A stretch of 63,442 nucleotides of DNA, filler included, from Nitrospinae bacterium RIFCSPLOWO2_12_FULL_45_22 (GCA_001803565.1; 6 parts of 6 records of this genome joined end to end with filler, not necessarily neighbours in it), one strand, 5' to 3'; numbered from the whole stretch's first letter, positions 41,201-51,394 are shown. The notes: generated from the letters alone by a model not told the origin. Numbers and translations: made by a program.

Positions 41201-43573
41201 GTGATCGCAGAAAATACTAATATGGGAGACAATCTAATTACAGAATTTCCTCAAAAATTTGGCATCCTGCAAGGGCCTAATCGGCGGCTATTGCTCCTTC
41301 TATTTATAATAACCCTTATATTCTATACTGTCACTACTAAGAGGATCCATAAGCAAATAGGTGGTGGTGATGAGCCGCACTACCTGATTATTGCCCATAG
41401 CCTCTTATACGATGGCGATGTTAATCTGATGAATAATTATCAGGAGAAAGAATTTGTCCATCTCTTTCCGCCCCATTATGGCTCCAGGTATGGCTATTCT
41501 GCGCATAGTATAGGCCTGCCATTATTAATTGCCCCGTTCTATTATCTTAACGGTAGGCTGGGTGCCCTGTTTGCTATGAATATCATGGCGGCCCTCTATG
41601 GTATAAGCATCTACCTCCTTATCTATCAGATATTTCGTGAGCAGATAACGGCCTTGCTCGCCTGGGTAATAATATCCTTTTCGTTGCCATTACTCCTCAT
41701 TGCCTTTCATGTGTATCCCGATTTGGTGGCGGGCATTATAACCGCCTATGCCTTGAGGAAGATATATCACCAGCCTGAGGGACGGTCTTATAAACGGCCC
41801 TGGCTCGGTCTCCTGGTTGCCTTCTACCCCTGGCTCCACTTCAAATACCTGGTTCTAACTATTATCTTCTCAGCCCTTTTCCTGTACCTGAATTACCGGT
41901 ACAGAAAGCCACTGCTCCCTTTCTTCTTCCCTATAGTCCTCAGCTTATCCCTGCTGACCCTGTTCTATTATTACCTTTATGGTAATCCCTTCTATGAGAG
42001 ATCGGCCCAGGCCTTCAGCAGCATACTGGTGGGATTCCCTGGCCAATTGCTGGACCAGCAATTCGGCTTATTTATCTATTCGCCCGTGTATATCTTCTTG
42101 CCTATAGGCATAGCCCTCATGCTCAAGACCAGAAAGCGTGAGCTTTTTTGGCTCGGCCTTATATTTTTATCCTTATATTTACCCAATTCTGCCTATCGGC
42201 AATGGTATGGGGGCTGGTCACCCGCCGGCCGCTTCCTCCTCCCCCTGATGCCTGTCCTGCTCATACTGTTGGCCTATGCCTTTAGCACCCTGAAGGCACT
42301 ATCCTTTAGGAAGGTCTTTCTTTTACTGGTGTTTATCGGGATCATTAATGGACAGCTCCTGATAAAATACCCCTACCTGATCTATCACCATACCCCACAG
42401 ATGGGCGGTCCATTTATAGATTTTTTTGGCAAAGGGGAATTGTTGAAGAAGTTTGGCTTAGAGGATTATTTTCCCTGTTTTACTATTATTACTGCCGAGA
42501 CCTTCCGCTGGGTTATCTTCTGGGGCCTGTTAATTATCTTTATTAACCTTTTTTATTACCGGTTCTATTACCATGATACAGCCGGAAAAAAGCGGGGCTT
42601 TGTTATAAGATATGCCGGGCTCAGTATAATTGTCCTGGCTATTATCTGGCCTCTGGCCGGCATGGTCTATGGCAAGAAGCCAGAGATATCCAGGATTATT
42701 TATGAGGCCGAGGACTTAAAAGATCAGCCGGGCCAGGTGGTACCGGATGACAAGGCCAGTGGTAAGAAGGCCAGATACCTGGCCCCTTTCTTGGGTAAGG
42801 ACTTGCGCCTGCACTTCGGTCCTTATAAAGAACTGCCTAAAGATAAGTATGAAGCCCGCTTCTTTTTACGGACCCTACCTCAGACCCCACCGGACTTGCC
42901 AGTAGCTACCCTGGAAATTACTGCTAACCTGGGAAAGTCTATCCTGATCAAAAAGGAGCTTACTGGAGTGCAACTGGCCCATACCGACCATTACTCGGCT
43001 ATACCGTTGAATTTTCGGGCCTTCCCCGGGCTAGCAGACTTTGAATTCTTTATTCATTTTGCCGGCAATAGTGAGCTCTGGATTGATCGGGTAGAGATAA
43101 TACCCCTGAAGAAACGTAAGATCACTCGGCTGGGATATGAGGGCGAAGAGCTCTTGTCCATTACCGGGCTCCAGATAGCCGATGCCAGGGCCTGGAATGG
43201 TAAGGCCCGTTATGCCCAAGTCAACCGGGATAAGCGGGGGATAATGGTTTATGGCCCTTATGAGAGCCTACCGAACGGTATCTATGAAGTAGAGTTCTGG
43301 CTACGCTGCCAACCTATCCACCCGGGTCAACCAGATAAAAAAGTGGCTATCATTGATGTAGCCGCTAATGTGGGGCGAAATATCCTGGTGAAAAAGGCCC
43401 TGGTAAGCAAAGATTTCTTGGCCAGCCAGGACTACCAAAAATTTCCTTTAATCTTCGAGGTATCGGATGAAACCTCTGACCTGGAGTTTCGGGTACATTT
43501 TCTAGCGCAAGGCGACCTGTGGGCCGACCGGATCACCCTAAAGCCTTTGCCTTTAATAGCACCTAAGGATTAA
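41201..43573 (+). CDS. GT-C-fold membrane glycosyltransferase-like protein with two C-terminal carbohydrate-binding-like domains
   Basis: GGDEPHYLIIAHSL after TM1, many TM helices, WYGGWSPAGRFLLP; duplicated YE(A/G)E.L...GPY..LP...YE..F.LR modules. Start may be ATG 41222. Confidence 0.65.
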   Translation: MIAENTNMGDNLITEFPQKFGILQGPNRRLLLLLFIITLIFYTVTTKRIHKQIGGGDEPHYLIIAHSLLYDGDVNLMNNYQEKEFVHLFPPHYGSRYGYSAHSIGLPLLIAPFYYLNGRLGALFAMNIMAALYGISIYLLIYQIFREQITALLAWVIISFSLPLLLIAFHVYPDLVAGIITAYALRKIYHQPEGRSYKRPWLGLLVAFYPWLHFKYLVLTIIFSALFLYLNYRYRKPLLPFFFPIVLSLSLLTLFYYYLYGNPFYERSAQAFSSILVGFPGQLLDQQFGLFIYSPVYIFLPIGIALMLKTRKRELFWLGLIFLSLYLPNSAYRQWYGGWSPAGRFLLPLMPVLLILLAYAFSTLKALSFRKVFLLLVFIGIINGQLLIKYPYLIYHHTPQMGGPFIDFFGKGELLKKFGLEDYFPCFTIITAETFRWVIFWGLLIIFINLFYYRFYYHDTAGKKRGFVIRYAGLSIIVLAIIWPLAGMVYGKKPEISRIIYEAEDLKDQPGQVVPDDKASGKKARYLAPFLGKDLRLHFGPYKELPKDKYEARFFLRTLPQTPPDLPVATLEITANLGKSILIKKELTGVQLAHTDHYSAIPLNFRAFPGLADFEFFIHFAGNSELWIDRVEIIPLKKRKITRLGYEGEELLSITGLQIADARAWNGKARYAQVNRDKRGIMVYGPYESLPNGIYEVEFWLRCQPIHPGQPDKKVAIIDVAANVGRNILVKKALVSKDFLASQDYQKFPLIFEVSDETSDLEFRVHFLAQGDLWADRITLKPLPLIAPKD

Positions 43574-43606
43574 TTTAAGCGTATAGGAAATTCCATTTTA
43601 AGATAA

Positions 43607-43690
43607 ACCACAAAGAGCACGAAGAGAAGCTTCGGATATTATTCGAAGGATTGTCAATTAAATTCTTTGTGTCCTTTGTGTCTTTGTGGT
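43607..43690. repeat. CCACNAAG-type inverted repeat element
   Basis: ACCACAAAGAGCACGAAG ... CTTTGTGTCCTTTGTGTCTTTGTGGT. Confidence 0.75.
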
Positions 43691-43704
43691 AACAAATTTA
43701 ATTT

Positions 43705-45648
43705 ATGGCAATAATAGTCGCTGAGACAAAGAGAATCTTATTAACAGGCTTCAGGGCCAGGCTAGATATTGAATTAGACTTCAGGGAGTTAGCTGGCGCT
43801 AGTTTTTGTGTGGATATCTATGGACTCCAGGGGAAGCACCCAGAGACCCATTTAGGCTTTTGGGACTTCGACATTAAGCCCGTCTTTTGCCCGGCTACTA
43901 TCCAGATAGATTTTAGTAGCTTAACCCAAAAATCGGTCCTGTTGGAGATAGGGGAGCAGTTGCTGGTCAGCGAGCGGTACTGGGTAAATGAGGCCTATTA
44001 TTTCCAGCCTCAACAAGAGCTAAAACTGGTAGTATGGAAGAGGGGCCAGGTGGTTGAGCTGCATGAACTCCTGCTAGAGATTCCCCAGAAGAAGGACCTG
44101 AAAAGGCTACAACAAAGACCCTGGGCAAAAGACCTGTCCAATGTAGAGATGTTTTTTGTAGAACTTACCAATGTATGTAATTTTCGCTGCTCCTTCTGTC
44201 CGGAAAGTATCATGACCAGAGAGAAGGGGTTTATGGATTTCGCATTGGCAAAAAAGATTATGGATGATATTGCCCAGATGCGATACAAACGGCCCCACTT
44301 ACGCCAGGTAGTAGAGCTCCGCTACCCGGTTGCCCTACACTTGATGGGGGAACCCCTCTTGTATCCCTACCTTTTTGAGGTGATTGAATATGCTAAGACC
44401 AAAGGCATAGAGCTGATTTTATTTACTAATGGAGGCCTGTTAACCGAACAGGCAATAGACCGGTTGATAGAGCTGGAGCTACGGTTTTTAGTATTAAGCC
44501 TCCAGACCCCTAGCAGGGAATTATTTAGCTTACGGGATGCCCCTATACCATACGAGGCTTATCTGGAAACAATCCGGAAGGTGATAAAGAGAAAGGTTGA
44601 GCGGGGAGCCCTTTATCCCAGGATAGAGGTTCATTTTCTTAATACCAAATTTACCCGGCCTAAAGGGATAAGGGTCATAGATGATAACCGACAGACTAAA
44701 GAAGTAGCCCTCTCCTGGCTCGATTTTGCCCACCAATTAGCCCGGGAGTTTCATATTGTCCCTAAAAATTCCTCTTCCCATGATTTAGAGCACTTGCTGG
44801 ACCTGCGGGGCGGGGAAGAATACCTTGAAATCCTTGAAGGGGTCAACTTAGTGTTTAAGGGCACTACTACCTTTGCCAACTATCTCCTGGAGCCAGGTAT
44901 AGAAATTATAGGCGCTGAAAAGGGCTACTGCCCGGTAGATGCCCCGTATAAGCAGTTAGGTATCCTCTGGAATGGTGATTGTACCTGCTGCTGCCTCGAT
45001 TTTGATGGCCGGATCAATATTGGCAATGCAGCCCAGGAGTCTTTAGAAGATATCTGGTTTGGGGCAAAGATTGAACGGATTCGCCGGGCCATGAATAAAG
45101 GTGTTTTAATAGAACCTCTTTGTCAGCGATGTCGTGGGACACCGCTAAATGCCATGACTCCTGAGAACCCGGCTGACCAAACCAGTCTTCTGCTTACCGC
45201 CCAGGATCATACGGCTACAGTAAGCAGGCTTGCCGACCAATTAAATATGGAGAAGCCCGGTATAGGCCAATTAGGTGAGGGCTGGTACCCGGCTGCTAGG
45301 GATGGTGAGAAGGGGTATAGATGGACGGGCAAGAGGGCTACTTTTTCCCTGCGTAACAGTGGAAAACCGTATCTATATCTGGAGCTTCATGGTTACCTGG
45401 GGCGCTGTGCCAGGGTCTTCCGGGGGAGAGTAAGAGGGGTTGTCAGGGTTAATGGAATAGAGACCGGGAGGTTCTCGCTCCTGAGACGCCGTTGGAAAGA
45501 AATAAGATTGTCCCTCCCAAAGCTCGAATCAGAAATATTAAGGATAGAAATCGAGGTTGATAGGACCTGGAGGGCCACCGACTACCCCTTAGGTAAATTC
45601 CCTTACCCGGTAGGAGTGGCGCTACACCAGGCCACCCTTACAGAATAA
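43705..45648 (+). CDS. Multidomain radical SAM/SPASM protein with N-terminal extension and C-terminal beta-sandwich
   Basis: ELTNVCNFRCSFC, MGEPLL, TNG, YC...GDCTCCC...CQRC; C-terminal LGEGWYP..RDG...RWT motif. Confidence 0.85.
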   Translation: MAIIVAETKRILLTGFRARLDIELDFRELAGASFCVDIYGLQGKHPETHLGFWDFDIKPVFCPATIQIDFSSLTQKSVLLEIGEQLLVSERYWVNEAYYFQPQQELKLVVWKRGQVVELHELLLEIPQKKDLKRLQQRPWAKDLSNVEMFFVELTNVCNFRCSFCPESIMTREKGFMDFALAKKIMDDIAQMRYKRPHLRQVVELRYPVALHLMGEPLLYPYLFEVIEYAKTKGIELILFTNGGLLTEQAIDRLIELELRFLVLSLQTPSRELFSLRDAPIPYEAYLETIRKVIKRKVERGALYPRIEVHFLNTKFTRPKGIRVIDDNRQTKEVALSWLDFAHQLAREFHIVPKNSSSHDLEHLLDLRGGEEYLEILEGVNLVFKGTTTFANYLLEPGIEIIGAEKGYCPVDAPYKQLGILWNGDCTCCCLDFDGRINIGNAAQESLEDIWFGAKIERIRRAMNKGVLIEPLCQRCRGTPLNAMTPENPADQTSLLLTAQDHTATVSRLADQLNMEKPGIGQLGEGWYPAARDGEKGYRWTGKRATFSLRNSGKPYLYLELHGYLGRCARVFRGRVRGVVRVNGIETGRFSLLRRRWKEIRLSLPKLESEILRIEIEVDRTWRATDYPLGKFPYPVGVALHQATLTE

Positions 45649-45833
45649 GCTAGTTTCCATCCATAAATGGCCATTTTCCACAATCTCTGCGTCAATCTGC
45701 GGGATTATTTGTGCGACGTACTAAAGTACGACTCCGCATAATCCCTTGATTTCCTTGACCTTGCGGAAAATTCCTCATTTCTGGATTGGAAACTAATTAG
45801 TGCCACGATTTCATTTATGGATGGGCACTAGCT
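45648..45833. mobile_element. MITE-like element with 22-nt terminal inverted repeats
   Basis: AGCTAGTTTCCATCCATAAATG (45648-45669) vs CATTTATGGATGGGCACTAGCT (45812-45833), 20/22 matches; extra internal end at 45776-45795; internal hairpin GGGATTAT...CGTACT-aa-AGTACG...ATAATCCC. Confidence 0.7.
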
Positions 45834-45880
45834 AAACCCAAGGCTAAAGTTAATGAGCCTGAAGAGTTGTTTTTTTGGGG

Positions 45881-47530
45881 TCAGGCGGGAGGGGGCTCTT
45901 TTTCCAATATCTTAGCTATTTCATCCCGCAGGAAGCGCTTCCAGATCTTCTTGCTGGGGGTCATAGGCAATTCTTGCCGGACTTCTAACCTTTCGGGTAG
46001 CTTATATTTAGCGATCCCTTTCTCGGTTAAATACTCAACTACCTCTTCTAAGGTTAGCTTTTCGCCTGGCTTCAGTACTACAAAGAGGCAGCTACGTTCC
46101 CCTAGCCGATGGTCAGGCATGCCTACCAGGGCTGCCTCCACTATCTTAGGATGGGCATAGATGAGCTCTTCTACCTCTATCGGGTAGATATTTTTCCCAC
46201 CCCGTATGATCATGTCCTTCTTCCGACCCACAATCCTCAGATTTCCGTCCTGGTCAATGTAACCCAGGTCCCCAGTTAAGAACCAGCCATCAGGGCTGCG
46301 GGTCTCCTGGGTAGCCTGAGGGTTTCTGTAGTAGCCGAGGAATAGAGACGCTCCCCGGGCAACTATCTCGCCGGCAATACCGGCTGGTACTTCTTTGCCA
46401 GCCTCATCAAAGATATTAATCTCAAAACCGGGGCCAGGGCGACCTACAGTCTCACTGGCTACCTCTGGCGAATCATCTAACCGGGTATAGGTAACTACCC
46501 CTTCGGTCATACCATATAGGCAACAGACCTGGCAACCAAACCGTCTAGTAGCTTCTCTGACTACTTCTACTGGGCAACTGGCCCCACCGGTAAAGAAGGT
46601 GTGGAGGGAAGAGAGCTGGTATTGGGAAAAGTTAGGCACCTGGAGCAGTGCCACGATGTGGGAGGGGGTGCCAGCAAAGAAGGTTATTTTATGCTCCTGG
46701 ATAAGCTTTAGTGTCTCTTCCGGGACAAAGGCTTCCTGGATAACTATCTGTGCACCCCAATAGATAGCAGCCCATGGCCCCAGCAAGATACCCATGGCAT
46801 GAGAAAAGGGGCTAGGGGTATAGACTACCTCTTTAGAAGAAATCCCTAGTCCTTTTGTGATTGACTCTCCCAGGCTGCCAATAGTATTGTGGCTGTGGAC
46901 TACTCCCTTTGGGTCTGCCTCGGTCCCGGAGGTATACATCAAGAGGAACGGGGCATCGGCATCAGGGTTTTGAGGAGCCAGGGTTGTTTCTAATTCTGGG
47001 CTACTCTTATTTATATTCAGTAACTCTGTGGCAGGAGACATGCCCGTGGGCACTTTGTCTCCTACTACCCATACTTGCTTTAATTTCGGGAGCCGGGGCC
47101 AGATCTCCTGGATCATAGCCGGAAAATCAAACCCACTGAGTTGATCCGGGATGACCATGGCTTTAGAATCAGAGAAGCGCAAGATGAACTCTACCTCCCG
47201 CTTGCGATAAGGGACATGGATAGGATTGAAGGCAATACCAGTTTTTATGCAAGCATAAAAGAAATAGATATACTCGGGCCAGTTAGGCAATTGGACCGAA
47301 AGGACATCCCCCTTCTGCAGGCCAGCCCCTATTAAGCACGCAGCGACTCTATTAACCCGTTCTTCCAGTTGCCTATAAGTTAGCTCCTGGTCTTTATAGA
47401 TAATAGCCTTTTTATGGGAATATCTTTTAACAATTCCATCAAAGTGCTGCCCGAGGGTCTTATCTGACCAGAAGCCTTGCTGACGGTACTGGACAGCCAA
47501 ATCGGGTTTTATAATGGACTCTATCTGCAT
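45881..47530 (-). CDS. AMP-forming acyl/aryl-CoA ligase (cyclohexanecarboxylate-CoA ligase-like)
   Basis: YTSGTEADPKGV, YGMTE, TGDLG, GRKKDMIIRGG, YKLPE, TPSKKI. ATG 47530 follows an AAAGGGGG RBS (ORF track starts at 47587). Confidence 0.88.
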   Translation of the reverse strand: MQIESIIKPDLAVQYRQQGFWSDKTLGQHFDGIVKRYSHKKAIIYKDQELTYRQLEERVNRVAACLIGAGLQKGDVLSVQLPNWPEYIYFFYACIKTGIAFNPIHVPYRKREVEFILRFSDSKAMVIPDQLSGFDFPAMIQEIWPRLPKLKQVWVVGDKVPTGMSPATELLNINKSSPELETTLAPQNPDADAPFLLMYTSGTEADPKGVVHSHNTIGSLGESITKGLGISSKEVVYTPSPFSHAMGILLGPWAAIYWGAQIVIQEAFVPEETLKLIQEHKITFFAGTPSHIVALLQVPNFSQYQLSSLHTFFTGGASCPVEVVREATRRFGCQVCCLYGMTEGVVTYTRLDDSPEVASETVGRPGPGFEINIFDEAGKEVPAGIAGEIVARGASLFLGYYRNPQATQETRSPDGWFLTGDLGYIDQDGNLRIVGRKKDMIIRGGKNIYPIEVEELIYAHPKIVEAALVGMPDHRLGERSCLFVVLKPGEKLTLEEVVEYLTEKGIAKYKLPERLEVRQELPMTPSKKIWKRFLRDEIAKILEKEPPPA

Positions 47531-47651
47531 AATTTCCCCCTTTCCTATAATTGTTTGGAAGATAGCGTTGGGTTCTTTACCAGACACCCGACACGTCTTT
47601 GAGACATCTCTTAGTGCGCTTTGTGGCTTTGTGGTTCATCGCCTAAGGGTT

Positions 47652-48926
47652 TTAACTCTTTTCTTCTAATCGTTCAAAGAACTCTTCTAGTTTCTCCTTT
47701 AACTGGTCGGTAGAGGCGAAAGACGGGTCCATCAGATCAATATCTATAACCCCAAACGGCATACCGGTCTGGTTTTGCAAGGCATCTTTCATACTCCGGA
47801 TCATGGCACAGGCCTGCCGGCAGCCGATATGGGCAAAAAATAACGCGGCATCTACGTTAAACTCCTTAGCATTCCTAAGTGCATCCTTGATAAATACGTC
47901 GCCCGGCCCATGCAACAAGTTAGATGCTGTCCGATAAAAAGCTAACCGGGCTACGCCTTCTACCGGATCATCGGTGTCCAGATGTACCTGGTGGGGCCAG
48001 GAACTCATAGGGTCCATAACAATAGCCGCGCCATATTCCCGCTCCATCCAGTCTAAAAGCTTATTCTCATACATAGGCGGTAGGAAGAGGGAAAGGAGCC
48101 GGTAGCGCTCTTCTGCCACTGCCCCCTTCTTTCTCTTCACATTCTCTTCAATCTCCCCTTTTACTGTCTCAAACCATTCCACCCCCTCGTCAGTACCGCA
48201 ATAAGCCCATTCAATAATCATCTGGTTCATGAAACTGCGGTTACGCATAGGGGCCGGTATAGCCTTCCTTAACTCATAGACCTCATGATAGATATTCATT
48301 ACTCGTAAGGAATTATTGACTATGGCCCTGAGGCGGTCATAATCCATCTTGTTGCCAGTCTTGTCCTCCAGGAAGGCAATAAGATTCTTCATCTGTTTCA
48401 CATAGTAATCTACCTGGTGGGGGACAAAGCGATAAGGCCGGTCCAGAAAAAAACCCGGGATCTGGTAAAGGTCCAGGAGGGCATCACCGGACTTTGTCGT
48501 GTTATCACAGGCCTGTGAGGTCCAGACAATAAAGTCGGGTGGCGGGAGCTCTTTTAAGAAGAAACTGGCTGCCAGAATCCGGTGGGCAGAGCAGCATTCT
48601 GGTGTCAGGCCAAAGGCCCTGGCACCATCCAAAAACTCGGCATAACGGTTCGTAAGAATAGCCAGCGTACCAGAGGTAGATTCTAGATGCATGGGGACGA
48701 TGTCCATAGCAAAGAATATCTCTATGGGCGAGAAGACCGTATGCCCCGCGATGAATTTGCCTTCGGCTTTAGCGGTAACAATTTTGCGGTAGTAGTCAGA
48801 CATATATTTATAATAAAGCTCCTCACTCTTTACTGTGGGCTTAGCCTGGCGATGATGATACATCTTTTCCAGGACAGTAGCCATTTTATCTACATTCTCT
48901 ATGCCCTTTTCATGATTCATACCCAT
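47652..48926 (-). CDS. 2-hydroxyacyl-CoA dehydratase-family Fe-S subunit (HgdA/FldB/BcrB superfamily)
   Basis: PIEIFFAMD..P, PECCS, PPPDF, QACD, FLDRP, L..FLE..TG, GCRQ, IDIDLMDP...LEEFFE. Confidence 0.85.
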   Translation of the reverse strand: MGMNHEKGIENVDKMATVLEKMYHHRQAKPTVKSEELYYKYMSDYYRKIVTAKAEGKFIAGHTVFSPIEIFFAMDIVPMHLESTSGTLAILTNRYAEFLDGARAFGLTPECCSAHRILAASFFLKELPPPDFIVWTSQACDNTTKSGDALLDLYQIPGFFLDRPYRFVPHQVDYYVKQMKNLIAFLEDKTGNKMDYDRLRAIVNNSLRVMNIYHEVYELRKAIPAPMRNRSFMNQMIIEWAYCGTDEGVEWFETVKGEIEENVKRKKGAVAEERYRLLSLFLPPMYENKLLDWMEREYGAAIVMDPMSSWPHQVHLDTDDPVEGVARLAFYRTASNLLHGPGDVFIKDALRNAKEFNVDAALFFAHIGCRQACAMIRSMKDALQNQTGMPFGVIDIDLMDPSFASTDQLKEKLEEFFERLEEKS

Positions 48927-48942
48927 ATTTATCCTCTCCTTC

Positions 48943-49452
48943 CTAAAACCTTCGTTCTCTCAACCGTTTAAGCAATACCTCCGTTCGTTTCTCTCTGAAT
49001 TTCTTTTTAAATTCGCTCCTCTGAATAATTCCTCTCTCTATCAATAACTCCAGGATAATGTCCTGTGCAAGAGGGAGCTTTTCCTCTTCCAGCACAACTT
49101 TTATCTTATTCACTACTTTGTCCAGCTCTATCTTGCCTTTGGGAAGAAATTCGACCGCACCAAGATTTACCGCCCTTTCGATCTGGCCAAAATCGCCTTC
49201 TATAGAGAATACTATCACAGGTATTTCATCCCATTCAGGATGGGCATTCAGGGTTTCTAATACCTGATAGCCATCCATGACCGGCATAAACAGGTCTAAC
49301 AAAATGAGGTCCGGCAGGGTTTGCTTCAGGGCTTCCAGGCATTCCTGACCATTGTTAGCAAAGGAAAGATTGAACCCCTCCATCTTTAACCGTACCTGAA
49401 ACATCTCCTGGAGTTCCTGATTATCTTCAACAATTAAAATACGTTCTCTCAT
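48943..49452 (-). CDS. Response regulator receiver with short C-terminal extension
   Basis: ILIVED, PDLILLDLFMPVMDG, IPVIVFS, FLPK. Confidence 0.9.
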   Translation of the reverse strand: MRERILIVEDNQELQEMFQVRLKMEGFNLSFANNGQECLEALKQTLPDLILLDLFMPVMDGYQVLETLNAHPEWDEIPVIVFSIEGDFGQIERAVNLGAVEFLPKGKIELDKVVNKIKVVLEEEKLPLAQDIILELLIERGIIQRSEFKKKFREKRTEVLLKRLRERRF

Positions 49453-49469
49453 AACAACTCCTCATATTA

Positions 49470-49535
49470 GGTTATTGGGTTATTAAGTGATTAGGCTACT
49501 CAATGACCTAAATAACCCCAATAACCCATTAACCC
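49470..49535. repeat. 8-nt-period inverted repeat
   Basis: GGTTATTGGGTTATTAAGTGATT ... AATAACCCCAATAACCCATTAACCC. Confidence 0.65.
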
Positions 49536-49541
49536 AGTGTC

Positions 49542-51236
49542 CTAATGCTCTTCTCTGGGTGCGATTCCTTGAATGATCTGGATCAATACGTCGCTATCGA
49601 AGGGTTTCTTTATAAAACCATCAGCCCCAGCCTGGAGTGCGGCAATCCGGTCCCCTTCGGCTGTCCGGGCAGTTAGCATATATACCCGCAGCTTTTTAGC
49701 CTCTGGATCATTTTTGATCCTTTGACATAATTCAATACCACTGACCTTAGGCATAGATATATCCAGGAAGACTATATTCGGTTTTTCCTGCTGGATAATC
49801 TGCCAGCCATCATCCCCATCACTGGCCGTCAGGACATTCCAACCGCCCGCTCCCAGAAATAGCTTAACAAATTCCTGGAGCTCTCTATCATCATCAATAA
49901 AAAGGATCTTGTTGGAATTAGCTGCTGGACTTGCCTTGATATCCAGAGGAATTTTTTTCTCCATTAGCAGTGACTCATCCCGAGCAACGGGCAGACTAAG
50001 GGTAAAGGTAGTGCCGCTATTGAGTTGGCTATCTACGGATACGGTGCCCCCGTGACCTTCAATAATGTTCTTAACAATAGCGAGACCTATCCCCGTACCA
50101 CCATAGTGGCGGGTAATTGAACTATCTACCTGATAGAACTGATCAAAGACCCTGGAGCGGTGTTCTTCAGGGATACCAATACCGGTATCCTTTACCTTGA
50201 TCCATAGATAACCCCCTTGCTCTGGCAATACTTCTATCATTATTTTCCCCTGGTGTCTATTAAACTTTTCTGCGTTAGAGAGTAGATTACTAAAGACTTG
50301 AGTAACCTTGTTTTGGTCCCCCATTACCAGTGGTATAGTGGGTGGGCACTTATATTCTATACTAATCTCTTTCTGGATTAACTGTGGCCTGATGGATTCA
50401 ATACAATCCCGGATAACGGACTCTAAGGGAAAGGGCCTCAGGTCAAACCTTGCCCGGCCGGTTTCGTATTTAGTAAAATCCAGCAATTCATCAATAAAAT
50501 AGGCAAGGCGGATACAATTCTTTAAAGAGATACCAAGGTAGTTTTTCTGGGTCTCGGTTATCTTGCCTAGTTGTTCTTTTAAGATCATCTCTAGATATCC
50601 CCTGATCGTCACCAGGGGTGTCCGGAGCTCATGGGACACATTGGACAGAAAGACCGTTTTCAAGCGATCAAATTCCTTTAGCTCTTCATAGGCATTCCTT
50701 AGCTCCCCGGTCCTCTCTCTGACCTCCTCCTCCAGCTTCTTGGAATACCTTTTTATCTCTTCTTCCAGTCTCTTTCTCCTGGTTATATCTGCGACTATCC
50801 CCTCCATCTCTATTATTTCGCCAGTATGATCTCTTATCGCCCTGGCAGAAATACTTATGGGAACCATATCCCCTATCTTGGCCTTCAAAGTGGTCTCAAA
50901 GTCCCTTACTCGACCCTTTTTTCTTAGCATATGGATAAGCTTATCCCTCTCCCGGGAATTTGCCCAGAGCTCCAGGGCCGAGCGGCCAACTAAATCGGAT
51001 ACCTGACATTTTAGTATCCTGGCCAGGGCCCTATTGACAGAAACTATCTCACCATTAACGTTAGAGCGGAAAATTCCTAAGACCGAGTTTTCTACTATTC
51101 CCCGGTATCGCCTCTCCGATTCTTGCAGGGCCTTGGTCTTTTCCTTAAATTTCCCTGCCAATTGGGCATATTTAGCTTTTAATTTTTGGTACTGGCGATT
51201 GAGGTATAGTATCTGCTTCAAGATTGTTGGGGGCAT
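49542..51236 (-). CDS. Hybrid PAS-HisKA-HATPase-REC sensor kinase
   Basis: ESERRYR..VEN (PAS), DITRRK, SHELRTPL, NLLSNA.KF, DTGIGI, GGTGIGL, LDISMP...KPF; no TM helices. Confidence 0.93.
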   Translation of the reverse strand: MPPTILKQILYLNRQYQKLKAKYAQLAGKFKEKTKALQESERRYRGIVENSVLGIFRSNVNGEIVSVNRALARILKCQVSDLVGRSALELWANSRERDKLIHMLRKKGRVRDFETTLKAKIGDMVPISISARAIRDHTGEIIEMEGIVADITRRKRLEEEIKRYSKKLEEEVRERTGELRNAYEELKEFDRLKTVFLSNVSHELRTPLVTIRGYLEMILKEQLGKITETQKNYLGISLKNCIRLAYFIDELLDFTKYETGRARFDLRPFPLESVIRDCIESIRPQLIQKEISIEYKCPPTIPLVMGDQNKVTQVFSNLLSNAEKFNRHQGKIMIEVLPEQGGYLWIKVKDTGIGIPEEHRSRVFDQFYQVDSSITRHYGGTGIGLAIVKNIIEGHGGTVSVDSQLNSGTTFTLSLPVARDESLLMEKKIPLDIKASPAANSNKILFIDDDRELQEFVKLFLGAGGWNVLTASDGDDGWQIIQQEKPNIVFLDISMPKVSGIELCQRIKNDPEAKKLRVYMLTARTAEGDRIAALQAGADGFIKKPFDSDVLIQIIQGIAPREEH

Positions 51237-51251
51237 CTTCTGCTATTCTCT

Positions 51252-51376
51252 GCCACTAAGGCACGAAGACACCAAGCTAGAAATTTGAAATTAGAAAATG
51301 GCCAATTAGGAACATAACAATTTCATTTTCTTTTGGCGTTGAAGGCGGCTCCTTAGTGTCTTAGTGTCCTGGTGGC
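51252..51376. repeat. CCACNAAG-type inverted repeat enclosing a heptamer (GAAATT) repeat
   Basis: GCCACTAAGGCACGAAGACACCAAG - TAGAAATTTGAAATTAGAAAAT ... CTTAGTGTCTTAGTGTCCTGGTGGC. Confidence 0.75.
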
Positions 51377-51394
51377 TAAACGGTTACTGCTTAA

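Noticed and set aside
19278-48926. One pathway linking the UbiD carboxylase (contig 3) to the CoA ligase and dehydratase (contig 5)
   Set aside because: Chemically attractive, but the genes are on different contigs whose order is arbitrary and which may not share a genome.
47652-48926. Benzoyl-CoA reductase subunit
   Set aside because: Same superfamily, but no other bcr/bzd genes are adjacent and motifs alone cannot separate it from dehydratases.
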